Source of the DNA: Parcubacteria group bacterium M10-OD1-1
GTDB lineage: Bacteria; Patescibacteriota; Minisyncoccia; Moranbacterales; UBA2206
Length of the DNA: 64,000 bases
NCBI GenBank assembly: GCA_003056145.1
Contig: LSNL01000006.1
Coordinates: forward strand, 82,192 to 146,191
Reading direction: 5' to 3'
Shown here: in pieces, positions 30,454-40,179 of the stretch
Layout: the number at the start of each line of letters is the position of its first letter
Position numbering within the stretch: the stretch's first letter is position 1
Program-made: the position numbers and the translations under genes
The notes under the pieces: model-generated
Seen by the model: the letters and a program-made list of their open reading frames with translations, nothing else
What the model was told of the DNA's origin: nothing
Database searches by the model: none

Positions 30454-30590
30454 AACTTTTTTAAAAACAAAAAAATCACCCGCTTTTTTTCACTAATTTT
30501 TGAATTAACTTTATCATTAAGTAATTTTTATTTTATACTTTTTTAAGTATAATTTTCTTAAGATGATGTTTCAAAATTTAACGCCTTACT

Positions 30591-30618
30591 ATGATAGCAA
30601 ATTTAAAAAATGTGTCAA
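30591..30618 (-). promoter_or_regulatory. Promoter of the 23S-5S unit
   Basis: TTGACA-16 bp-TATCAT with an extended -10 TG. Confidence 0.75.
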
Positions 30619-30773
30619 GCTCTTAATTAAGAGAATTAAGCTAAATTAATTAATTGATTATATTTTAGCTTTATAGCTGTTTTTAATTGCTTTAATTAAA
30701 TTTTTCAAAATTAACTTTTAGCCTATTTATTTTCTATCTAGCCAGAATAAAAAATTATTTTTTATCTAAAATT

Positions 30774-30816
30774 TTATTAAAGAGAAACTCTACTAAATAG
30801 AGTTTCTCTTTAATAA
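30774..30816. terminator. Perfect 19-bp stem hairpin upstream of the rRNA promoter
   Basis: ttattaaagagaaactcta-ctaaa-tagagtttctctttaataa, downstream of the 228-aa gene. Confidence 0.8.
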
Positions 30817-30844
30817 CTATTCAGATTTTTTAATTTTTAATATT

Positions 30845-31531
30845 TTATTTTTCTGAAATTTCTTCTCGCAATTTTCTCAGAATTAAAGCTGCCTCTTCTT
30901 TACCTCCTAAGCCAAAAGCTAATCCACCAGCTAAAGAAAGCATTGCTACAATACCAACAAAAATTGTACTTACCAAAGAGGAAGCAATTCCTAATTGAAT
31001 CATAGCTGCAAAAATACCAAAAATAATGATTGACCATTTAGAGACAGTAGCTAATAAAGTAGCCGACATTATTCCAGCTGCTCTAGTACTCCCTTTGACA
31101 ATTTCATAAACAAAATTACCCACTAAGAAAACTATAGAAAGAATGACAACTGCTACTATTACATTAGGAATATAAAGTAAAATTTTATTTAAGAAAATAG
31201 TTACTTGATCTAATTTTAGAATATCAGCCGACGCCATCAAAAAAACTAAAATTAAAAACCATTTAACTAGTCCACCAAAAAGAGCTGAAACTGTCACCTG
31301 TAACTTTCCATTTTCTAACCTACCATCAAAGCCTATTTTTTGCATCGCACTATCAATGTTAGTAGCTACAATTATTTTTTCAATCAATCTTCCAATAGAT
31401 TTAGCAATAATCCAACCAGCTAAAAAAACTAACAACGCCCCTATAAAAGCCGGCAAAAAATCAACCAATCTTTGTCCCAATCCGATTAGAGACGAAGTAA
31501 TAGCCCTACCCCAAATTTGAATTCCGCTCAT
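30845..31531 (-). CDS. TM-helix repeat protein (CmpX / MscS-associated TM_helix family)
   Basis: FLPAFIGALLVFLAGWIIA, YIPNVIVA, GLAFGLGGK. Confidence 0.85.
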   Translation of the reverse strand: MSGIQIWGRAITSSLIGLGQRLVDFLPAFIGALLVFLAGWIIAKSIGRLIEKIIVATNIDSAMQKIGFDGRLENGKLQVTVSALFGGLVKWFLILVFLMASADILKLDQVTIFLNKILLYIPNVIVAVVILSIVFLVGNFVYEIVKGSTRAAGIMSATLLATVSKWSIIIFGIFAAMIQLGIASSLVSTIFVGIVAMLSLAGGLAFGLGGKEEAALILRKLREEISEK

Positions 31532-31617
31532 ATGTTATTCACCTCCATTTCTTTTTTATTATTATTTTAAACCAATCTCAATATCTAGTTGACTCTATTT
31601 CTTAATTGGTCTTAGTT

Positions 31618-32196
31618 TTATTGATTTAACATTTTTTTAAATTCCTTATAAATATTTTCTAAAACCAATAGTCCAGGATTACCATTATATGAAATTACAT
31701 TCATCCTCGCAGAAATTAAACCTCTTTTCAAATCTCCCATACTCATATCTCCTCTTCTTATATTATCAAAACTGATATATAAGTTAGTAAGATAGTTGAT
31801 AAACTCTAGACACTTAGGACAGTCTTTGTGTCTCTCTAATAAGTTATTTTGAATATCTATTATTCTCCCAACGTTCAAATAAGCTTTTTTAAAATCATTA
31901 TACAAATCCTTAAATATTTCAGCCTCAATATTACTCTCTCGAGCTAAAATTCCTATTTCCACCTCAATCAAATCGCTCTTACTTTTTTCTACACTTTGAT
32001 TTCTAATTCTTGCTTCGGTAAAAACTTTTTCTAATGTTTTTGCATAATCTAAAAAAGCCAGACATTCTTTTTGATTACTATATTTTTCTTTTATTTTAGC
32101 ATAAGCCAATTCTATTTTTTCTAGTTCTCTATAAACTTCTCGATTTTTTTTATAAGCAACATCGAAACTTTCTTTTTTGTTAAGATCTTTATCCAC
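31618..32196 (-). CDS. Hypothetical protein made of two ~85-aa repeats
   Basis: CLAFLDY...LYNDFKK aligns with CLEFINY...IYKEFKK; GTG start. Confidence 0.75.
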   Translation of the reverse strand: MDKDLNKKESFDVAYKKNREVYRELEKIELAYAKIKEKYSNQKECLAFLDYAKTLEKVFTEARIRNQSVEKSKSDLIEVEIGILARESNIEAEIFKDLYNDFKKAYLNVGRIIDIQNNLLERHKDCPKCLEFINYLTNLYISFDNIRRGDMSMGDLKRGLISARMNVISYNGNPGLLVLENIYKEFKKMLNQ

Positions 32197-32216
32197 ACTT
32201 TTAATTAGTTAATAAA

Positions 32217-34838
32217 TTATTTAGTTGGTGTATTAGTCTGGCTAGTAGAATTAGAAGGATTGCTGATAACTTTACTTTCTGGATTAGACTGAGGAGAGAT
32301 ATTAACCTTATTGTTAACACTTGGGACAACCGCTGAGTTTTTAGATGTTGATTTCGGAGTAGTCGTTGAAGAAACTATTCCTAAAGTTTCTGGAGTATTT
32401 TTAATGCCTTTATTAATATTATCAATCATCTTTTCAATTTGTTTAATAGTTTTTGATTGCCCATGTCTTTCTTTTAATAAAGCCAAGACTTTATTGTATT
32501 GAATTTTAGCTTGATCTTTTTGCTTATTTTTTTCATAGAAAACACCTAGATAAAAATGTCCATCAATACTATCCCTGTTTAAAGCAACTACCTGTTTATA
32601 AACTTGTTCCGCTACTTTTACATCATTGTTTTTATTTCTTTCTTGATACATTCTTCCTAGAGTCAGAAGGTAGGCTGTATTTCTTGGGTTAATATTGACA
32701 GCTTTTAACTCACTTTCAATTGCTTGATCTAATTGATTTAAAGCTTCATCAGCTAATGCTAGTTGATGATGTCCAATAGCATAATTACTTTTTTCATCCA
32801 CTGACTTTTGAAATAAATCTCTTGCTTCAGTAATTAATTGTTTCTTAACTTTTTTATCTTTCTTTTGTTTTGCCATTGCTACTTTTATTTGTCCTAATTT
32901 TAAATCATAGATTGGATTATGAGGTTCTAATTTCTGAGCTTTTTTATAATTATCCTCTGCTAGTTTCAAAGAATTAGGCACATACAAGCCAGAGTTTTCA
33001 TAAACTAAAGCTAGAGCTTCAACGCTAGCTACGCTATTCTCAGACATTTTTTTGGCTTGTGTAGTAGCAGCAATAGAATTATTTAAGTCTTGTCTAATTT
33101 TATTAATGTCTTGTTTTCCTTTACTTTTCATCGCTTCTTTATTAGCCAAAGACATATAAAGTTGACCGGCTTGATTGTAATAAGTAGATTCTCTTGGGTT
33201 TAATTTAACAGCTTTACTTAAATAGCGTAAAGCTTTAGGCATACTCGTATTCACTACTCTGATAGCTTTACCAGAATAAATATCTGCAGCATAAACTTTA
33301 CCAAAGAAAACAAATAAGAATGCTACTCCAGCACTAATTACCATAAATATAAAAGCTAAGGCTAAAGCAAATTTTGGTGAAGCTTTTAATGAAAGATTAA
33401 TATTATTTTCTTCACTGCTAGATTCAAAGAAGATTACCGCCAAAGATAAGGCCGAAAAAATAACTGTCAACAAAATAATTAATCCATCTACTCTAGCTAT
33501 TAAGACATCCGTCAAAAGAATAGCGACGGCCGAAAAAATTCCTAAAGAATACAATTTATTTTTATCTTTATTTTTATAAAGCAAATACATTTGAGAGCCA
33601 ATAAAAATCAAAACTAAAATTACCAAGAAGAAAGTTCCTATGACTCCAATAGTTGGTATAGCTTCAGCTAAAAGTCCTGTTCCTTGAGAAAAACGCAAAT
33701 TATAGAAAGCATTTAAATTAAAATTTTTCGGTTTATGCAACGAAAAATCATAACCATAAGTAGCTGGCCCTGAGCCGACAAAGAAATTATTCTTAACGCT
33801 AGCCAGAGCAACATCAGTAGAAGTTTTATAATTCAAACTAACTTCTACTGGCAAATTCACCTTTACAATAGAAACTACTCCAATCATTCTCAAAATCATG
33901 GCTACCACAAACACAGACATCGGAAGCCAAGTCCATTTTAAGTTAGGACGCACAATTTGTGCCAAGATAAAAATCAAAAAGATAACAATGCCAATAAAAA
34001 ATCCTAACCAAGGAATATAATTATACAAAGCTAAAATTAAAAAGAAATCCAAAGACAAAAGCATTAAAAGTAAAACCTCCAGAATTCTTTTCCAAACTTT
34101 TTTAATTGTTTTTGAATCAGCTATTTTCAGAATAGTTACCGTAATTATTGGTATTAAAATACTAAAGATAGCTCCTAAGCTACTAATTGTTCCCGTCAAA
34201 CTCATAGGAGCAAAGCGAGCAATATCAGCTGATAAAAACTTTACTCCAAAAATCATCAAAGTTGTCCAAATGGAAAGTATCGCTCCAGAAGTAATAATAG
34301 CTGTTAATATTAACCTTAATCTTTTTGTGCTAAAATTACTTAAAATAAAATAGTAAACTACTAAATAGGCTGTCACACTTAAAAGTCCTCTCGATGGATC
34401 ACCAAAGCTTCCCCAAAAACTATGCCATTTATCAACGGAAAAAATTGTCGCTATTACATAAGTCAACCAAAATCCAACCAATGGCCAATCTAACGGAGTT
34501 CTTCTAATTTTCATTTCTCCTGTTACTACTCCTTTAGCTGCCCAAATAGCTAGACCTAGCAAAAGCCAAAAATAAAAATACATTTGCTTTTCAAAAACTA
34601 TCCCTTGTGAAGCTAAGCCAGTAAAATAAAGAGGAACGCCAAAAAACAACATAAAAATTGAAAGTCCGATCAATTTATCAAACATTCTAACGATAAATTT
34701 ACTATCTTTTTTGTTAGCTACTTCTTCTTTTAGCGATTTTGTAGGATTATATTGTTCTACTATTTTATTTCTTCCAGAAGCAAAATTTCTCTCCGGAGAA
34801 ACACTTTTTAAATCAACATTTATTGATTGCCTTTCCAT
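32217..34838 (-). CDS. O-antigen-ligase-like polytopic membrane protein with C-terminal TPRs
   Basis: About 12 TM segments, FFVGSGPATYGY loop, TPR repeats (AQKLEPHNP, AVNINPRN), S/T/N/P-rich tail. Confidence 0.75.
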   Translation of the reverse strand: MERQSINVDLKSVSPERNFASGRNKIVEQYNPTKSLKEEVANKKDSKFIVRMFDKLIGLSIFMLFFGVPLYFTGLASQGIVFEKQMYFYFWLLLGLAIWAAKGVVTGEMKIRRTPLDWPLVGFWLTYVIATIFSVDKWHSFWGSFGDPSRGLLSVTAYLVVYYFILSNFSTKRLRLILTAIITSGAILSIWTTLMIFGVKFLSADIARFAPMSLTGTISSLGAIFSILIPIITVTILKIADSKTIKKVWKRILEVLLLMLLSLDFFLILALYNYIPWLGFFIGIVIFLIFILAQIVRPNLKWTWLPMSVFVVAMILRMIGVVSIVKVNLPVEVSLNYKTSTDVALASVKNNFFVGSGPATYGYDFSLHKPKNFNLNAFYNLRFSQGTGLLAEAIPTIGVIGTFFLVILVLIFIGSQMYLLYKNKDKNKLYSLGIFSAVAILLTDVLIARVDGLIILLTVIFSALSLAVIFFESSSEENNINLSLKASPKFALALAFIFMVISAGVAFLFVFFGKVYAADIYSGKAIRVVNTSMPKALRYLSKAVKLNPRESTYYNQAGQLYMSLANKEAMKSKGKQDINKIRQDLNNSIAATTQAKKMSENSVASVEALALVYENSGLYVPNSLKLAEDNYKKAQKLEPHNPIYDLKLGQIKVAMAKQKKDKKVKKQLITEARDLFQKSVDEKSNYAIGHHQLALADEALNQLDQAIESELKAVNINPRNTAYLLTLGRMYQERNKNNDVKVAEQVYKQVVALNRDSIDGHFYLGVFYEKNKQKDQAKIQYNKVLALLKERHGQSKTIKQIEKMIDNINKGIKNTPETLGIVSSTTTPKSTSKNSAVVPSVNNKVNISPQSNPESKVISNPSNSTSQTNTPTK

Positions 34839-35031
34839 ATTTTTTAAGTCTTAGGTAAATTATTATTTTTTTATTTTAAAAATATTTTATATATTCATTA
34901 TATAAAAAAACCTGTCTGAATGCAATACCTAGTTTTATTTTTCAAAATTCATTCATCTTATTTTAATAGTGATTGTCGTTCTAGCTAAAAAACTTAATAT
35001 TTTGTCCATTTCAAATATCTAGAATTCCCGC

Positions 35032-38000
35032 CTACTTTATTGGTATAGCTGTTTGAATAACCAAAGTATGGTCAATTGAAGTAGTTGAGTTACCAACTGA
35101 ATCATGAGCTATTATACGAAAATGATAAATCTTTCCAGCAGTTAAATTAGAAATTGTCATCTTATGAAATGTCTCAAATTGATTGCTTTTTTCTGTTTTA
35201 TTTTTATAACTAGTATCTAAACCATATTCTATTTGAGAAGTAGTTTTTTTATTAACTGTCGCCCAACTTACTTCCGCCGTATCACTAGAGGTGTTTACTG
35301 TAACCATTGAAATTGTTGGCGAAACAGAGCTCTCATCTCTTTCTATAATCCACCAATCAAAATGTAAACGCTGAGTTGCTTTCTGACTAATATTAATCTT
35401 AAATCCACTATATTTGCCACTAGCATCTTTGATTTTTTCTACCCAGCTATAAGCATCTGGGTTGGATTGGAAGTTAGTTAAAATCACACTAGTTCTAGTT
35501 ACTGCAGTAGTTTTTACTAAATAGCTTTTTTCACCTTTTGCAATATAGTTACTGCCGATGGTTCTGCTTTTCTTATTTACTACTTTAACTGTAAATGCTC
35601 CAGCTACTATTCCATTAGCCTCTAGTTTACCTTGCCCCAAATCTAAATTACCTAAAGAATCTTTGTAAATAAGTTTCTTCACATCTAAGGCACTAGCAAA
35701 GTCTATCACCGCTTGATTTTGAGTAGCCAAGTCTTTCATTTGAGTTTCTAGATCAGCTATCTTTTTAGTTTGACTAGTTTGATCAGTTTGTAAATCAGTT
35801 ATTTGATTCTTTAAATCAGCTAAAGTAATCGGAGTCTTAGTTAGAGTATCGTTAGGAGTAGCTAAGTTAGCAAAGTCTCCTCCTGAAATAATATTCAAAT
35901 AGTTTTTGATTGCAGTTAAGGTATCAGCTTGAGTAGCTATTTGTTTGTTTAGGTTAGCTTGAGCTTCGGCTACAATATTAGCTACTTGAGTTTTAACATT
36001 CATTTTAGCAATATTCTGAGTAACAGTTTCTTCTACTTTTTCTACCGTTAGAGATTTGTTTTTTCTAGCAATCATTACTTGGATAGTTCCTTGAACTTGG
36101 TCAAACTTTTCTAAGGCGATACCTACTGTAGAATCTCCTGGATTAGCTTTCATTAAATAACCAGGAGTAGTGGCTGAAGTTAGACTATCTCCAATATTGA
36201 TAATTCCGTTTTCATTAGAAACATTAGCTGGGATTTGTCCTAACATACCAATAATCTTGTAATGAGGGTTCTTAGTTTTATCTTTTCCACTGTTACCAAC
36301 AACAGAAGGATTGGAAGAGACTATACCCATTACATTAGGGTCTTCTGAGCTTTGGCATCTTTTGACTGCGTTAGGTTGAGTTGTATCAACACAAACTGCT
36401 TCTCCTGGTTGAAGATTAGTGTCTTGAGTGAAGAAATATTCAGCGTAATCAGCTCCTTGGACAGTAGTATTGATAGCGTAGATAGTTCCAGCTACATTTC
36501 CTGCACAATCAGCATCAGAAGAATTAACACAAAGAGCTCCGACTATTTTTAATTTGGTATCGGGTGTAGCATCACCAATCCCTAGATTACCTCCTAGTAT
36601 CCAACTATTACTAGCAGAAGCTAGTTTGGTTGCATAGGCAGAAGTTACAGTTGGAGGAGTTGCTGCTGTAAAGGTAAGACTTCCATCATCCGCTAGTGAT
36701 ACAGCGGTTGTTTCATAATATTCAGTTTCTGTGGCAGCTACTGTTCCTCTCCATACTCGATAATTAGTAGCCCCAGTTACAGCTGTCCAAGCAACAGTAA
36801 TAGTTCCGTTAGTTGTTCCACCGTCTACTGTTCCTGATACTTCACTTGATACATTGGTCCAAGCTACTCCATCATAAGCTGATACTTTGTAGTAGTAAGT
36901 TCCACTTAATGTTCCTGTTGCTCCTAGTGTTGCTGTTACTCCTGTTGGAGTTGTCATCTCTGTAACAAAGTTAGAACCTGAAGATAGAGCTAGTTTTTCT
37001 TGAGGAGTGGTGGTGCCTAAACCTAACCGATTATTAGTATTATCCCAAAAGAAGTTAGAATTGTTTTGACTATAGATTCCAGAAGCTCCAGCAAAGATGA
37101 TAGAACCTTGAGTAAAGAGTGTATTAGTTCCAGTTCCACCATTAGCAGGAGTTAGTGCATTGGATAAAGTCAATCCAGCAAAGGTTGGACTACTAGTGGT
37201 AGCAATGTCTTGAGGTAAAGAAAGAGTTATTGCTCCAGTTGAAGCACTAGCAATTACTTGATTGGTTGTTCCAGCTAAACTAGTTACTCCAGTATTAGCA
37301 ATAGTAATTGAACCAGCACCGTTGGTAACAGAAACTCCTGTTCCAGCGGTTAGAGTTGCTAGCGAATAGCCCGTACCGTTGCCGATTAGTAAAGCTCCGT
37401 TAGCAGCGGTTGTTCCAGCAAGTCCAGTACCTCCGCGGGAAACATTGAGGTATTGTTCTGATCCTAAAGTACTAGTCCCAGTCCAATAAGTTACATAGTC
37501 AGTTGTTCCAGTTCCAGAAACTCCTCCGACTCCAGCTACGGCTTGCCAAGAAAGAGTGCCTGTTCCGTCATTAGCTAAAACATAGTTACTACCTCCCGCT
37601 TGAGCAGTTGGTAAAGTGTAAGTGACATCGGCTACTTGAGCTCCTCCTTGGAGAATAGTGTGATAAGTAGCGGAAGAATCTTGTAAAGCTAAAGTTCCAT
37701 TAATAGTAGTATTACCAGTTGTGATTCCAGCAAAGGTTGGACTACTAGTGGTTAATAGGCTTTGATTTAAACTAGCACTTCCAGTTAAAGTTAACGTGTT
37801 TCCTCCTCCGTTAATGGTTACGTTTCCTCCCGTAATGGTTAATGTTCTAGCGGTAGTTCCGCCAGAGATATTAAAGCCATCGGTAGCACTAGCTAAAGTT
37901 AAACCGTTAACCGTCGTAAAGGTTGGAGTTAGGGAAGTGGCCAGAGAAATGCTCCCTGCTCCGTTCGTGATAACTAAATTAGAACCAGCGGTTAGAGTTG

Positions 38001-39066
38001 CTAGCGAATAGCCCGTACCGTTGCCGATTAGTAAAGCTCCGTTAGCAGCGGTTGTTCCAGCAAGTCCAGTACCTCCGCGGGAAACATTGAGGTATTGTTC
38101 TGATCCTAAAGTACTAGTCCCAGTCCAATAAGTTACATAGTCAGTTGAGCCTGAGCCACTAATTGCTCCCGCTGCTCCCCAATCAGTGATACAATTCGTT
38201 TCATTTCCAAGACAAATTCCAGAAAATTCACCATATCCATCTGTTACATTTGATCCTATAGTAGAAATTCCTCCAGTTAAATACAAATTATTGAATGTCG
38301 GCGAAGAAGAAGTTGAAAGATTTTGATTTAGTATAGCATCACCAGTAAGTGATAGTGTGTTTCCACCTCTAGATATTGAAAATCCATTCGAATTAGAAAT
38401 AAGGGTAAGACCATTATAGGTTTTTCCCGTCAATGCTTTGACGATATAGTTAGAATCAATTTGATCTCCTTGCCATGTTCCCACGGAAACATTTCCCAAT
38501 TTTGTAATTGTTGGAATTTGTTTAGATTCTATTTTTCCTCCTTTTCCAAGAATGAGCAAATTCCCCGATTTATTTCCTGGCACTATTCCTTGAACGCTTT
38601 GAGAATTATTAGCCGTAAAAGAACTGAGAGCCAAAGGAACTGCTCCTATTCTTTTTCTTGGCACCATTTCAGCATCCGTTCCAATTCTTATGCCCAAATA
38701 ATATTGTCCTTGACTAAAGTTTAAGCTAGTTGGAAGAGGAACTACTGAGCCTAGGTACGATTCTAAAATTCCATTTTCAATATTAATTTTTTTTGTTTCT
38801 TCCCAAACTTTTGAATCAGTATCTGATGGATAAAGATCAGTTGTTGTCCTATTAATTCTATAAATAGCCAGACGAACATTATACTCACCATTAGCAATCT
38901 GCTTATTTTCATTGTTAATAATATAAGCTGTCACATCCAACTGTCTTGGATTTTGTTTATTAACTACTTGAGCTGAAGAAGTATTAAAAAACAAAGCAAA
39001 ACCTTCTATAGCAATAACTGCAACAGTCAGAGAAAGTATAATTGTATTTTTTAAATTTATTTTCAT
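35032..39066 (-). CDS. Large phage-tail-fibre-like surface protein (putative adhesin) with intramolecular-chaperone-like domain, coiled coil and C-terminal FN3
   Basis: Likely start MKINLK at 39066 with signal/TM; YLGIRIGTDAEMVPR...VPLA; G/T-rich fibre repeats (GGTG, RLGLGTTTP, NLGIGDATP); GADYAEYF; C-terminal VSWAT...HKMTISNLTAGKIYHFRI. Confidence 0.8.
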   Translation of the reverse strand: MKINLKNTIILSLTVAVIAIEGFALFFNTSSAQVVNKQNPRQLDVTAYIINNENKQIANGEYNVRLAIYRINRTTTDLYPSDTDSKVWEETKKINIENGILESYLGSVVPLPTSLNFSQGQYYLGIRIGTDAEMVPRKRIGAVPLALSSFTANNSQSVQGIVPGNKSGNLLILGKGGKIESKQIPTITKLGNVSVGTWQGDQIDSNYIVKALTGKTYNGLTLISNSNGFSISRGGNTLSLTGDAILNQNLSTSSSPTFNNLYLTGGISTIGSNVTDGYGEFSGICLGNETNCITDWGAAGAISGSGSTDYVTYWTGTSTLGSEQYLNVSRGGTGLAGTTAANGALLIGNGTGYSLATLTAGSNLVITNGAGSISLATSLTPTFTTVNGLTLASATDGFNISGGTTARTLTITGGNVTINGGGNTLTLTGSASLNQSLLTTSSPTFAGITTGNTTINGTLALQDSSATYHTILQGGAQVADVTYTLPTAQAGGSNYVLANDGTGTLSWQAVAGVGGVSGTGTTDYVTYWTGTSTLGSEQYLNVSRGGTGLAGTTAANGALLIGNGTGYSLATLTAGTGVSVTNGAGSITIANTGVTSLAGTTNQVIASASTGAITLSLPQDIATTSSPTFAGLTLSNALTPANGGTGTNTLFTQGSIIFAGASGIYSQNNSNFFWDNTNNRLGLGTTTPQEKLALSSGSNFVTEMTTPTGVTATLGATGTLSGTYYYKVSAYDGVAWTNVSSEVSGTVDGGTTNGTITVAWTAVTGATNYRVWRGTVAATETEYYETTAVSLADDGSLTFTAATPPTVTSAYATKLASASNSWILGGNLGIGDATPDTKLKIVGALCVNSSDADCAGNVAGTIYAINTTVQGADYAEYFFTQDTNLQPGEAVCVDTTQPNAVKRCQSSEDPNVMGIVSSNPSVVGNSGKDKTKNPHYKIIGMLGQIPANVSNENGIINIGDSLTSATTPGYLMKANPGDSTVGIALEKFDQVQGTIQVMIARKNKSLTVEKVEETVTQNIAKMNVKTQVANIVAEAQANLNKQIATQADTLTAIKNYLNIISGGDFANLATPNDTLTKTPITLADLKNQITDLQTDQTSQTKKIADLETQMKDLATQNQAVIDFASALDVKKLIYKDSLGNLDLGQGKLEANGIVAGAFTVKVVNKKSRTIGSNYIAKGEKSYLVKTTAVTRTSVILTNFQSNPDAYSWVEKIKDASGKYSGFKINISQKATQRLHFDWWIIERDESSVSPTISMVTVNTSSDTAEVSWATVNKKTTSQIEYGLDTSYKNKTEKSNQFETFHKMTISNLTAGKIYHFRIIAHDSVGNSTTSIDHTLVIQTAIPIK
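37174..37752. repeat. 27-bp exact direct repeat (37174-37200 and 37726-37752) encoding TTSSPTFAG
   Basis: tccagcaaaggttggactactagtggt occurs twice. Confidence 0.85.
37343..38147. repeat. 163-bp exact direct repeat (37343-37505 and 37985-38147)
   Basis: Base-by-base comparison shows identical copies 642 bp apart, in frame; the protein repeat is TDYVTYWTG...LATLTAG. Confidence 0.95.
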
Positions 39067-39073
39067 CAGTACT

Positions 39074-40144
39074 TTATTTTTTAAATGCCCAACCAAAAAC
39101 ATCTCCCATCGCATTAGAAATTAAATCAAAAACGGAAACCGGACTAGAAGCAGTATAAATTCCGAAATGGCTAGAACTTATTTCATTAGCCCAGTGATCT
39201 TGACATTTGATTTGATAGATATAAGAAGTTCTAGGTGCTAAGCCTGAAAGAATGACACTATGAATAAAGCCATAAGAATTTTCAGCTACTACCTTTGGAT
39301 TTTGACCACCACTTTTAGAATAGCTTAACTTAGAAATAGCTAATTTATTAGTTCTCCATGAAATCACTAATTTTACTTCATTTTTTTTATTAGCAACAAA
39401 AGATTCCGATCTGATATTAGAAATTTTCAAAGGAATATTTTCTTGATTTTGTAAAACTAAAATATTACCTCCAACATTTACATTTACCGCTTTATAATTT
39501 TTACTAGCTAAAATGATTTTTTTGGTTTGAGACTTATTTTGCGTACTAACTCCAGCCACCCTTCCAACTGGATTATTTTCATTAATAATTCTAGAAGTAA
39601 TATTTTTATTCTGAGAATAAATTTTTAATACATTAAATTTTTGCGAAGAGTTCTTAATAAAATCTTTAAAAATATAAGTACCTATAAAAAGTAAAGGGAG
39701 AATAATAACAATTAGAGAAAATGTTTTAAAAATTCTTCTCCAATTATTCGTTAAGACAATTTCTTGCTCATCAATATTTAATTCTAATTTTTGAACCTTT
39801 TTGAAAACTTCCTTTTTATTTTCTTCTTTATTGAAATTTTCTTTATTATATTCGACAGATGATTCGGTCAATATTTCTTGTTCTATAGCTTTAAAGCTCA
39901 AATCAGAAACCTTCTTTTTCTCTAGTTTTAGCAATTTTTTATTATCAGCCACTTTAACTAAAAAATCATCTAGCCAGATTTTTTTAGTATACCAATTTCT
40001 GCCAATTTTCTCTGCTTTAAGTTTTCCTTGACGAGAAAGCAAATTTAAATATTCGGGCGTGTACCCGGTTAGTTTAGTAGCTTCTGAAAGAGGTATAAAT
40101 TTAGTTGCAGTGAGCTCTGTTTTTATTGAGCTTTTCCCTTCCAT
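39074..40144 (-). CDS. Membrane-tethered HTH (excisionase/MerR-like) - TM - extracellular FN3-like protein
   Basis: FIPLSEATKLTGYTPEYLNLLSRQGKLKAEKIGRNWYT, TM FSLIVIILPLLFIGTYIF, VISWRTNK...HSVILSGLAPRTSYIYQI. Likely start is ATG at 40144 (TTG at 40156 is the alternative). Confidence 0.8.
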   Translation of the reverse strand: MEGKSSIKTELTATKFIPLSEATKLTGYTPEYLNLLSRQGKLKAEKIGRNWYTKKIWLDDFLVKVADNKKLLKLEKKKVSDLSFKAIEQEILTESSVEYNKENFNKEENKKEVFKKVQKLELNIDEQEIVLTNNWRRIFKTFSLIVIILPLLFIGTYIFKDFIKNSSQKFNVLKIYSQNKNITSRIINENNPVGRVAGVSTQNKSQTKKIILASKNYKAVNVNVGGNILVLQNQENIPLKISNIRSESFVANKKNEVKLVISWRTNKLAISKLSYSKSGGQNPKVVAENSYGFIHSVILSGLAPRTSYIYQIKCQDHWANEISSSHFGIYTASSPVSVFDLISNAMGDVFGWAFKK

Positions 40145-40145
40145 C

Positions 40146-40157
40146 TTTGATATCAAA
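40146..40157. promoter_or_regulatory. Palindrome TTTGATATCAAA, copy 1 (candidate operator)
   Basis: Perfect 12-bp palindrome 1 nt before the ATG of the HTH gene. Confidence 0.6.
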
Positions 40158-40179
40158 TATATATTGTTTTATCCTTTAA

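Noticed and set aside
37343-38147. Possible diversity-generating retroelement TR/VR pair
   Set aside because: The copies are identical with no adenine-specific mismatches, both are coding and internal, and no reverse transcriptase is in the window
35032-40156. Prophage (tail fibre plus excisionase-like HTH)
   Set aside because: No integrase, capsid, terminase or att repeats, and both proteins carry signal/TM segments typical of cell-surface proteins
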